A stretch of DNA of 32,000 nucleotides from Microcystis aeruginosa NIES-843 (lineage in GTDB: Bacteria > Cyanobacteriota > Cyanobacteriia > Cyanobacteriales > Microcystaceae). The DNA is taken from the NCBI RefSeq assembly GCF_000010625.1, contig NC_010296.1, positions 4,020,001-4,052,000 on the forward strand. Direction: 5' to 3'. Of this stretch, positions 17,214-25,211 are shown piece after piece. The notes beneath the pieces were generated by a model. That model ran no database searches. It was not told where the DNA came from and saw only the letters and a program-made list of their open reading frames with translations. How positions within the stretch are numbered: the first letter of the stretch is position 1; each line of letters begins with the position of its first letter. Both the position numbers and the translations under genes were made by a program.

Positions 17214-18005
17214 GAGTTGTTTTGTCCCTCCTGGGCGATCGGGTAATGATTATAGTTTAAGGATTATAGTTTAAGATTTAGCTTAATCGATTGACATTTA
17301 TAGTTCTCACGCTGACTTAGAATACAGGATGAGATGGGGCTTTTCAAGAGGCCTGAAGATGTGAATGGTGAACCTCAGTCCAGTCAAAAAATTCCTCGAA
17401 AAATAACCTCTAGACGACTCTGATCGGGGGTTTTTACAAAAATTTAGGGTTTAGCGGGTTTATACAAAGTTTCCCTCAGCAAACTATCCCTAACCCCTTT
17501 TCTAGATAGGAAAAGAGATTAGGGAATAACTGAACTTCCCCCGTATAAATATACTAGCTATGGCTCAAAGTCTTACAGAGCCTGAGTTAAAGCAATGTAA
17601 TACTAATAAACTACTGGGTACAAACTCCTGAAATCCTTACGCAGACAGGGTTTGAGGCAAAATTTTTCAAATTTGACCCTTCGACCATTATAGCTTGTTT
17701 CCAGGCAGAAAACCATCAAAAACATGGCTACCGAGGGAATCGCTGACTCTAGAGATTAATGACACCATCTGTTACAATAAGGTTAGCGATCACTATACAG
17801 CCAACTCTACGGAATCGCTCTACTCTAGATACAGTCAACGGTACAGCCATTTTCAAAGGGAAAATGTACCCAGTAGCGTCTTTTCAATTTTTTCTGAGAA
17901 GCTCCAGGCAGTAAGGGTTTTGTTAATTTTTTAGTATTTCTGTATGGGGGAAGTCCAGGAATAACTGTCCTTAGTCAGTTTCAGGATTAATTTCTAATCC
18001 TTAAT

Positions 18006-21000
18006 CTAGATGACAACGATACCAGTATTAACGAGAGTCGGCGCACCGGTGAGAGTGGCGATTTGAAGAGCGACGGAAGTAGCACCGCTACCGTCAGCAT
18101 CAAAGAACAAAGCGCCATTAGTGGTGTTATAAATAAATCGTTGCGTGGCTGTGGTCGCTGCCGTGATTCCTGCACCAGAGATAAATTGAGCGGCAGCCAG
18201 GGCGCCGACGGCGAGTCCACCACCAAAACCAGTTCTAGAGACGGCAATCTGATCGTTTTGAGCGCTGACAAAATCAATCGAGTCAATGCCTTCATTAGGA
18301 TTGTTGAAAATGAATTGATCGGCATTACCACCGCCGGTGAGGGTATCATTTCCTAGACCACCGGTGAGGGTATCGTTGCCAGCACCGCCATTGAGGAGAT
18401 CTGCCGATACTCCTCCCAACAAACGGTCATTACCGCTACCCGCAGTCACTTGAAACCGCTCGATGCCTGTGTAAGCAACTTGATGACCAGTAGTGGAGAT
18501 GACAGTAGCGGTTTGGCTGATATTAGTGGTGAGGCTAGAGTAGTCAACGATCAGAAGGTCGATGCTACCGCCACCGTCAGCAAAGTCAGTACCTAGACCT
18601 GTGCTGAGGGTGTCATTACCGTCACCACCGATCAGGCTGTCATTCCCAGCCCCCCCATTGATACTATCATTGCCGTTATCACCGATCAGGGTATCGTTGC
18701 CGGCGTTACCGATTAGAGTATCATCTAGAATCGCACCAAATAAGCTATCGTTGCCGCTACCCCCAGTCAAGTTAAAGCGCTCGATACTGGTGTAATTAAC
18801 CTGATTGCTAGTGGTAGATATCTGATTGATTGTCTGAGTGATATCCGTAGTCAGAGTGGAGTAGTTAACGATCAGTAAATCACCGAGGTTTCCTCCTCCG
18901 TTTACTGTGTCAATCCCTAAGCCGGAGCTAATAGTGTCATTACCGTTGCCCCCAAGAAGAGAATCGTTACCATCACCACCACTAATGCTGTCATCCCCGT
19001 CATTACCGTTGAGGGTATCATTACCGGCATTACCGATTAGGGTGTCATTTAAGCTACCACCGAACAGGTTATCGTTGCCGCTACCCCCAGTCAAGTTAAA
19101 TCTTTCAATATTTCTGTAGGAAATACTGTTACCACTGGTGGAAAAAGAGGTGGTAAATTGACGGATATCGGTGGTTAAACCTGAGTAATCGACTTCTAAG
19201 ACATCAATACCGCTACCACCATCCACGTCATCAGAGCCGCGACCGGGATTAAGGGTATCATTGCCCGCTCCCCCTTGTAGGTTGTTATTAGCCGAGATGA
19301 GGCTTGTGAAGCGAATGCGATCGCTGCCGACACCGCCGGTGACATTGGTGAAAAACTCGATACCTCTGATACTGGTGCCGTCGGGTAGGTTTAGGTCTGC
19401 TAAAGTAGTGCCGTCAATGGTGAGATTGAGAGCAGTAGCAACAACGGAGAAATCGGCATCAACAAGAGTATCAATCCCCGCACCACCATCGACCGTATCG
19501 ACACCGCCACCCTTGGTAATTAGGTCGTTGTTATCACCACCATTAATGTTGTCATCCCCGTCATTACCGTTGAGGGTATCATTACCGGCATTACCGATTA
19601 GGGTGTCATTTAAGCTACTACCGAACAGGTTATCGTTGCCATTACCCCCAGTCAGGTTAAATCTTTCGATATTTCTGTAGGAAATACTGTTACCACTGGT
19701 GGAAAAAGAGGTGGTAAATTGACGGATATCGGTGGTTAAACCTGAGTAATCGACTTCTAAGACATCAATACCGCTACCACCATCCACGTCATCAGAGCCG
19801 CGACCGGGATTAAGGGTATCATTGCCCGCTCCCCCTTGTAGGTTGTTATTAGCCGAGATGAGGCTTGTGAAGCGAATGCGATCGCTGCCGACACCGCCGG
19901 TGACATTGGTGAAAAACTCGATACCTCTGATACTGGTGCCGTCGGGTAGGTTTAGGTCTGCTAAAGTAGTGCCGTCAATGGTGAGATTGAGAGCAGTAGC
20001 AACAACGGAGAAATCGGCATCAACAAGAGTATCAATCCCCGCACCACCATCGACCGTATCGACACCGCCACCCTTGGTAATTAGGTCGTTGTTATCACCA
20101 CCATTAATGTTGTCATCCCCGTCATTACCGTTGAGGGTATCATTACCGGCATTACCGATTAGGGTGTCATTTAAGCTACTACCGAACAGGTTATCGTTGC
20201 CATTACCCCCAGTCAGGTTAAATCTTTCGATATTTCTGTAGGAAATACTGTTACCACTGGTGGAAAAAGAGGTGGTAAATTGACGGATATCGGTGGTTAA
20301 ACCTGAGTAATCGACTTCTAAGACATCAATACCGCTACCACCATCCACGTCATCAGAGCCGCGGCCAGGGTTAAGGGTATCGTTACCCGCTCCCCCTTGT
20401 AGGTTGTTATTAGCCGGGATGAGGCTTGTAAAGCGGATGCGATCGCTGCCAAGAACACCAGTAATGTTGGTGAAAAACTCAAAACCTTTAATGTTAGTGC
20501 CGTTTGGCAGGTTGAGGTCCGCTAGGGTTGTGCCATCAATGGTGAGATTGAGAGCAGTAGTAGCAACGGAAAAATCGGCATCAACAAGAGTATCAATCCC
20601 CGCACCACCATCGACCGTATCGACACCGCCACCCTTGGTAATTAGGTCGTTGTTATCACCACCATTAATGTTGTCATCCCCGTCGCCACCGTTGAGGGTA
20701 TCATTACCGGCATTACCGATTAGGGTGTCATTTAAGCTACTACCGAACAGGTTATCGTTGCCATTACCCCCAGTCAGGTTAAATCTTTCGATATTTCTGT
20801 AGGAAATACTGTTACCACTGGTGGAAAAAGAGGTGGTAAATTGACGGATATCGGTGGTTAAACCTGAGTAATCGACTTCTAAGACATCAATACCGCTACC
20901 ACCATCCACGTCATCGAAGCCGCGACCGGGGTTAAGGGTATCATTGCCCGCTCCCCCTTGTAGGTTGTTATTGGCTGGGGTTGTGCTGGTCAAACGAAGG

Positions 21001-21587
21001 CGATCATTCCCAAGACCCCCAGTGACATTGGTGAAAAACTCAAAACCTCTGATTCTCGTACCATCGGGTAGGTTGATATCGGCTAGGGTCGTGCCATCAA
21101 TGGTGAGATTGAGAGCAGTAGTAGCAACGGAAAAATCGGCATCAACAAGAGTATCAATCCCCGCACCACCATCGACCGTATCGACACCGCCACCCTTGGT
21201 AATTAGGTCGTTGTTATCACCACCATTAATGTTGTCATCCCCGTCATTACCGTTGAGGGTATCATTACCGGCATTACCGATTAGGGTGTCATTTAAGCTA
21301 CTACCGAACAGGTTATCGTTGCCGCTACCCCCAGTCAAGTTAAATCTTTCGATATTTCTGTAGGAAATACTGTTACCACTGGTGGAAAAAGAGGTGGTAA
21401 ATTGACGGATATCGGTGGTTAAACCTGAGTAATCGACTTCTAAGACATCAATACCGCTACCACCATCCACGTCATCAGAGCCGCGGCCAGGGTTCAGGGT
21501 ATCGTTACCATCTAAACCTTGCAGTGTGTCCCGGTCTATAGTGCCAATGAGCAGGTCATCGTTTGGTGTTCCGACAAACAAGGGCAT
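18006..21587 (-). CDS. Large RTX-type (hemolysin-type calcium-binding repeat) protein, probable type I secretion substrate
   Basis: 1193 aa. Many GGxGxD nonapeptide repeats (GGAGNDTL, GNAGNDTL, GGDGNDS). No N-terminal signal-like segment. The C-terminal ~100 aa are non-repetitive (...ALFFDADGSGATSVALQIATLTGAPTLVNTGIVVI). Built from 187-aa tandem modules. Confidence 0.9.
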   Translation of the reverse strand: MPLFVGTPNDDLLIGTIDRDTLQGLDGNDTLNPGRGSDDVDGGSGIDVLEVDYSGLTTDIRQFTTSFSTSGNSISYRNIERFNLTGGSGNDNLFGSSLNDTLIGNAGNDTLNGNDGDDNINGGDNNDLITKGGGVDTVDGGAGIDTLVDADFSVATTALNLTIDGTTLADINLPDGTRIRGFEFFTNVTGGLGNDRLRLTSTTPANNNLQGGAGNDTLNPGRGFDDVDGGSGIDVLEVDYSGLTTDIRQFTTSFSTSGNSISYRNIERFNLTGGNGNDNLFGSSLNDTLIGNAGNDTLNGGDGDDNINGGDNNDLITKGGGVDTVDGGAGIDTLVDADFSVATTALNLTIDGTTLADLNLPNGTNIKGFEFFTNITGVLGSDRIRFTSLIPANNNLQGGAGNDTLNPGRGSDDVDGGSGIDVLEVDYSGLTTDIRQFTTSFSTSGNSISYRNIERFNLTGGNGNDNLFGSSLNDTLIGNAGNDTLNGNDGDDNINGGDNNDLITKGGGVDTVDGGAGIDTLVDADFSVVATALNLTIDGTTLADLNLPDGTSIRGIEFFTNVTGGVGSDRIRFTSLISANNNLQGGAGNDTLNPGRGSDDVDGGSGIDVLEVDYSGLTTDIRQFTTSFSTSGNSISYRNIERFNLTGGNGNDNLFGSSLNDTLIGNAGNDTLNGNDGDDNINGGDNNDLITKGGGVDTVDGGAGIDTLVDADFSVVATALNLTIDGTTLADLNLPDGTSIRGIEFFTNVTGGVGSDRIRFTSLISANNNLQGGAGNDTLNPGRGSDDVDGGSGIDVLEVDYSGLTTDIRQFTTSFSTSGNSISYRNIERFNLTGGSGNDNLFGGSLNDTLIGNAGNDTLNGNDGDDSISGGDGNDSLLGGNGNDTISSGLGIDTVNGGGNLGDLLIVNYSTLTTDITQTINQISTTSNQVNYTSIERFNLTGGSGNDSLFGAILDDTLIGNAGNDTLIGDNGNDSINGGAGNDSLIGGDGNDTLSTGLGTDFADGGGSIDLLIVDYSSLTTNISQTATVISTTGHQVAYTGIERFQVTAGSGNDRLLGGVSADLLNGGAGNDTLTGGLGNDTLTGGGNADQFIFNNPNEGIDSIDFVSAQNDQIAVSRTGFGGGLAVGALAAAQFISGAGITAATTATQRFIYNTTNGALFFDADGSGATSVALQIATLTGAPTLVNTGIVVI
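18950..21510. repeat. 561-bp (187-codon) tandem repeat, about 4.5 copies, inside the RTX gene
   Basis: Antisense ORF-track entries 19261-19680 and 19822-20241 have identical translations at a 561-bp offset. Entries 20404-20802 and 20944-21363 are near-identical at further 561-bp steps. The protein repeats NDTLNPGRGSDDVDGGSGIDVLEVDYSG... five times. Boundaries are approximate. Confidence 0.9.
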
Positions 21588-21620
21588 AATTCCACCTCAT
21601 CTTGTGCAAAAATGTTAAGT

Positions 21621-21734
21621 TACGCGATGTGCAACTAATTTTTAGTCCTTGATTTATAAGGGTTTCAGAAACCAGAAAAATCGGTGAGTAGTCTGAAATC
21701 CTGATTTGATCGTTGTAAGTTGCACATCGCGTTA
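21621..21734. repeat. 15-bp perfect inverted repeat in the RTX gene upstream region
   Basis: acgcgatgtgcaact (within 21621-21636) and agttgcacatcgcgt (within 21718-21734). Both arms also lie next to gttaagtta. The intervening sequence is ~80 nt. Confidence 0.7.
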
Positions 21735-21830
21735 AGTTACCTTAGGGAACAATTGCCCGTTTAATTTCTGAGCCACTTGTGGGTACATCCTATCATAAGT
21801 TTGCGACGAAAAAACAGTATTTTATTTTAG

Positions 21831-21901
21831 TCCCACATTCCGCACCCTAGTAGTTGAAATCAAAAGTTGCTCTAGCCCTTGTATCCCACATTCCGCACCC
21901 T
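21831..21901. repeat. Two perfect 18-bp direct repeats tcccacattccgcaccct
   Basis: The copies lie at 21831-21848 and 21884-21901, 53 bp start to start. They sit between the RTX gene and the IS1634-like fragment. Confidence 0.8.
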
Positions 21902-22053
21902 CAACTGTCACATAAGCTGTCCCCCTCCAGAGACTTGAGTAAAAATACTTAGCTGGTGAAGGTTTTCTCGGTGGCCGCTAGGGGGGTCTTGAGACCCCTA
22001 ATTATGAAAAAATAGGAATTGTTGCAAAACCTAGGCGAGTGGACTGTTCGACC

Positions 22054-22465
22054 ATGAATCAATCAACAGAAATTGAAGTCAAAAATCTAGACCATCTGGG
22101 ATTAGTAGCTGGAATTATCGATGAAATAGGAATCGTTGAAATTATCAACGAACAAGTCTCAATTGAGCGAGGAGAAATTGTCACAGCGGGGCAAGTAGTG
22201 AAAGCAATTATCCTGAACGGATTGGGATTTGTCTCCGGGGCCTTGTATTTATTTCCTCAATTTTTTGAAGATAAAGCAACCGAACATCTGCTGGGAGAGG
22301 GCATCGAACCCAAGCACTTGAATGATGATAAAATTGGTCGAGTAATGGACAAACTTTATCAACTTAATGTTTCGGTCATTTTCCTACTCATCAGTTTAGC
22401 CGCCGTGAAAAAATTTGGTGTAGCAACCGAGAATTGCCATTTAGATTCGACTTCTCTATCAGATT
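22054..22465 (+). pseudogene. N-terminal fragment of an IS4/IS1634-superfamily transposase (DUF4277-type N-terminus)
   Basis: MNQSTEIEVKNLDHLGLVAGIIDEIGIVEIIN...HLDSTSLS resembles the N-terminal third of IS1634-type transposases. Similarity ends near 22465, where the 51-bp repeat shared with 804-854 begins. No DDE region follows. Confidence 0.6.
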
Positions 22466-22516
22466 ATGTTACGCTACCGCTAACCCATCCTACAAATAAT
22501 TGTGTCTCCCTACTTA
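22466..22516. repeat. 51-bp copy of the right part of the small repeat at 762-852
   Basis: atgttacgctaccgctaacccatcctacaaataattgtg[t]ctccctactta has 1 mismatch against 804-854. Confidence 0.8.
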
Positions 22517-22591
22517 GAATCAGTCTATACTATATATTCTCCGGGGAGAAATTGCTTAGATTGCTTTAGTAATGAGAAACGGGACTAAATA

Positions 22592-23875
22592 ATGTCCGGA
22601 ATTGAGGGATTGAGGATTAAAAATTATCGAGCGCTCAAGGATATAACCCTGGGCAAGTTATGGAATACTCAAAATCGAGATTCTCTGACACCGATGACGG
22701 CCGTTATCGGCAAAAATGGTGTGGGAAAAAGCACACTTTTTGATGCGTTCGGTTTTTTATCTGATTGTCTTAAAGGAGGAGTAGAAGAAGCTTGTGATGC
22801 GCGAGGTCGGGGCGGGTTTGAGCGTCTTCGTTCCCAGGGTCAGGAAGGAAGCATTGAATTTCAGATTTATTACAAAGAAGATTACAATTCCCGACCAATT
22901 ACCTATGAATTAGCTATTGATCTAGATACCGATAATAGACCTTATGTAAAAAAAGAAAGACTCAGACAGAGAAGAAAAGGTCAAAAGACCGGATGGCCTT
23001 TTTCATTTTTACTCCTCGATGAGGGGAAAGGAATCGTCTGGAAAGGAGAAGAAGAAGGGAAACAAGTAGAAGAAGGTCAAGACCATTTTGATTTACTTAA
23101 GTTAATAGAAAAAATTAAACGAGGAGATTATGAGGATGGGGGGGAGTTAGTGGAACTGAATGATAAGCGCAAACTAGGAATTGCTACGTTAGGTTCTCTC
23201 AAACAGCATCCGAGAATTTCCCTATTTCGGAGATTTATTGAGGGATGGTATCTCAGCTATTTTACTCCCGATGCGGCCAGAAGTTTGCCCCTAGCCGGAC
23301 CCCAGAAACATCTGAATATTCATGGAGATAATCTCGGTAATGTGGTGCAGTTTATGGAAAGAGAGCATTCCAAGAAATTTCAGAATATACTTAATAGTAT
23401 TTCTCGTAAGATACCGGGTATAGAAAAAATTAGCACCGAAAAAAGTCCCGATAATCGACTACTATTAAAATTTAATGATCGGGGATTCCAAGACCCATTT
23501 TATGTACAGCAAATGTCCGATGGTACTTTAAAAGTATTCGCCTATCTCTTACTGTTAGAAGACCCTTCCCCACCGCCATTTATCTGTATTGAAGAGCCAG
23601 AAAACGGCTTATACCATAAACTATTAGAAACCTTGGCTCAAGAATTTAGAAAACACGCCACAGGACAGAGAGGACGTTCTCAAATTTTTATCACCACCCA
23701 TCAACCTTATTTTGTTGATGCTCTCCAGCCGGAAGAAGTTTGGATTCTGGAAAAAGGTGATGACGGGTTTTCTCGGATTAAACGGGCCAGTGACAATCCC
23801 TTAATCAAGAATCTCGTCTCAGAAGGATTGCCCCTTGGTAGTCTTTGGTATAGTGATTACTTAGATGAGAGATAA
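22592..23875 (+). CDS. ABC-type (AAA_21/AAA_15-like) ATPase, first gene of a two-gene module
   Basis: 427 aa. Walker A GKNGVGKST, signature-like QMSDGT, Walker B/D-loop PFICIEEPENGLYH and H-loop FITTHQP. The insertion between Walker A and the signature is as in OLD/AriA/PtuA-type ATPases. Confidence 0.85.
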   Translation: MSGIEGLRIKNYRALKDITLGKLWNTQNRDSLTPMTAVIGKNGVGKSTLFDAFGFLSDCLKGGVEEACDARGRGGFERLRSQGQEGSIEFQIYYKEDYNSRPITYELAIDLDTDNRPYVKKERLRQRRKGQKTGWPFSFLLLDEGKGIVWKGEEEGKQVEEGQDHFDLLKLIEKIKRGDYEDGGELVELNDKRKLGIATLGSLKQHPRISLFRRFIEGWYLSYFTPDAARSLPLAGPQKHLNIHGDNLGNVVQFMEREHSKKFQNILNSISRKIPGIEKISTEKSPDNRLLLKFNDRGFQDPFYVQQMSDGTLKVFAYLLLLEDPSPPPFICIEEPENGLYHKLLETLAQEFRKHATGQRGRSQIFITTHQPYFVDALQPEEVWILEKGDDGFSRIKRASDNPLIKNLVSEGLPLGSLWYSDYLDER

Positions 23876-24551
23876 GGTCATGTACTTTGAAATTTTGGTT
23901 GAGGATTTGTCGGGAAAAAAAGCACTTGATATTCTAATTCCTAAGATTATTGACATGAATGCAGGTCATACATTTAGGGTTCATTCCTATAAAGGCAGTG
24001 GTCATATTCCCAGAGACTTACAGTCTGTTTCCGATCCTAGTAAGCGGATTCTTCTTGAGCGACTACCTAAACTGATTCAAGGATATGATAAAACTTTTTC
24101 CAGTTGCGCTGATAATTATGCTGCTGTGCTGATTGTGGTTTGCGATCTGGATAATCGATGTTTTCGGGAATTTCGACAGGAATTAAGCAATTGTCTGGAA
24201 AAATCTGCTATCAAATCCCAAATTTACTTCTGTATTGCTATTGAAGAAGGAGAAGCTTGGTATTTAGGTGATATTAATGCCATAAAAATTGCTTATCCCC
24301 ATGCCAAAAGTGCTATCTTGGATTCCTATATTAATGATAGTATCTGTGGTACTTGGGAAAAACTGGCAGATGCTATATACAGAGGTGGAGCGAAACAATT
24401 ATCTAAGTTAGGTGGCGCTTCTGTGGGTCAAGAGAAAACAGTCTGGGCAGAAAATATTTCTCCTCAGATGAATGTGGATATTAATCGATCGCCCAGCTTT
24501 GGCTATTTTCGGGATAAACTACGTCATCTCAGTCAGGAAGAATCAAGATAA
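23865..24551 (+). CDS. Toprim-like small protein (DUF4276-like by size and motifs), second gene of the module
   Basis: 228 aa (223 aa if it starts at the ATG at 23880: MYFEILVED...). It has an N-terminal acidic residue in ILVED, a DxD in LIVVCDLDN, and a later acidic cluster AIEEGEAWYLGD. It overlaps the ATPase stop by 11 nt, or sits 4 nt after it. The family call was not verified by search. Confidence 0.6.
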   Translation: MRDKVMYFEILVEDLSGKKALDILIPKIIDMNAGHTFRVHSYKGSGHIPRDLQSVSDPSKRILLERLPKLIQGYDKTFSSCADNYAAVLIVVCDLDNRCFREFRQELSNCLEKSAIKSQIYFCIAIEEGEAWYLGDINAIKIAYPHAKSAILDSYINDSICGTWEKLADAIYRGGAKQLSKLGGASVGQEKTVWAENISPQMNVDINRSPSFGYFRDKLRHLSQEESR

Positions 24552-24638
24552 GTAATATTTTTTCAGGCTAAACTTTTAGGCATTTAAAATAATCGTCGAG
24601 AGCGGGGAATAGGCGATAGTGAGCAGTAAGCAGTGAGC

Positions 24639-24774
24639 CTAAATCCAGTTATTAAAGACCGATTATTTATACTCAATCCAGTTATTAAAAACTGATTATT
24701 TATTCCCTCTTTTGCCTATTGCCTATTGCCCATTGCCTGTCCTGATATGTAGCCTATACTCAACGGATTTAGTA
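24639..24774 (+). mobile_element. MITE-2 family copy with an internal duplication
   Basis: ctaaatcc...cggatttagta termini. aatccagttattaaaRacYgattatttat occurs twice. A ttgcct heptamer run is present. It matches 9021-9124 in reverse orientation. Confidence 0.6.
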
Positions 24775-24775
24775 T

Positions 24776-24866
24776 TAAGCTAAACGGCTTTTACTTCGGA
24801 TCACTGATATAGACTCCAAAAGGGTTATAGCTATTGGATCATGCAGGTTAAATGCCGTTTAGCTTA
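24776..24866. mobile_element. 91-bp palindromic mini-element with 13-bp TIRs
   Basis: taagctaaacggc (24776-24788) and gccgtttagctta (24854-24866) are perfect reverse complements. Confidence 0.6.
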
Positions 24867-24909
24867 TTCCCCCTTTTGCCTCTTGCATGAGTGCCTGTCC
24901 TGATAAGTA

Positions 24910-25116
24910 GGGTCTGCTGAAAAAGTTTTTCGGTGGGGGCAGGGTGTGGGGTGTGGGGTGTGGGGTTTTACCGGTTTTGAGGTGGCCAATTACCTAATTT
25001 TTAGGGAAAAAGTCCAGGAATTTTCCCCCTGATCACTCCCATACTTGGTACTTTTTGATTGACAAAAAGTCTAAAAGTCTTACCCAACAAGTTTTTTAGA
25101 TTTATTCAGCAAACCC
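24910..25116 (+). mobile_element. MITE (~207 bp), complete, flanked by 6-bp direct repeat TAAGTA, inserted into a MITE-2 copy
   Basis: TIRs gggtctgctgaa / ttcagcaaaccc. TAAGTA at 24904-24909 and 25117-25122. The flanks join to cctgtcctgataagtagcctatactcaagggatt, which matches the uninterrupted cctgtcctgatatgtagcctatactcaacggatt at 24737-24770. Confidence 0.85.
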
Positions 25117-25181
25117 TAAGTAGCCTATACTCAAGGGATTCAGTCTTAAATGCGATCGCCCTGCTCGTTCCTTCCCAGGGC

Positions 25182-25211
25182 TTGACATAAATCCCGCAAT
25201 AATGTTATGAT
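25182..25211 (+). promoter_or_regulatory. Sigma-70-type promoter candidate for rplJ-rplL
   Basis: TTGACA (25182-25187), an 18-nt spacer, then TATGAT (25206-25211). Confidence 0.5.

Noticed and set aside
18063-21363. Series of plus-strand ORFs (66-139 aa, Pro/Leu/Ser-rich) antisense to the RTX gene
   Set aside because: They are mirror-frame artefacts of the GGxGxD codon repeats. They have low-complexity composition, the same 561-bp periodicity as the sense gene, and no start or SD context.
15920-25116. MITE copies at 15920 and 24910 as ends of a composite transposon carrying the island
   Set aside because: Each MITE has its own different, intact 6-bp target duplication (TAATTA versus TAAGTA). 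This indicates independent insertions rather than one composite mobilisation.
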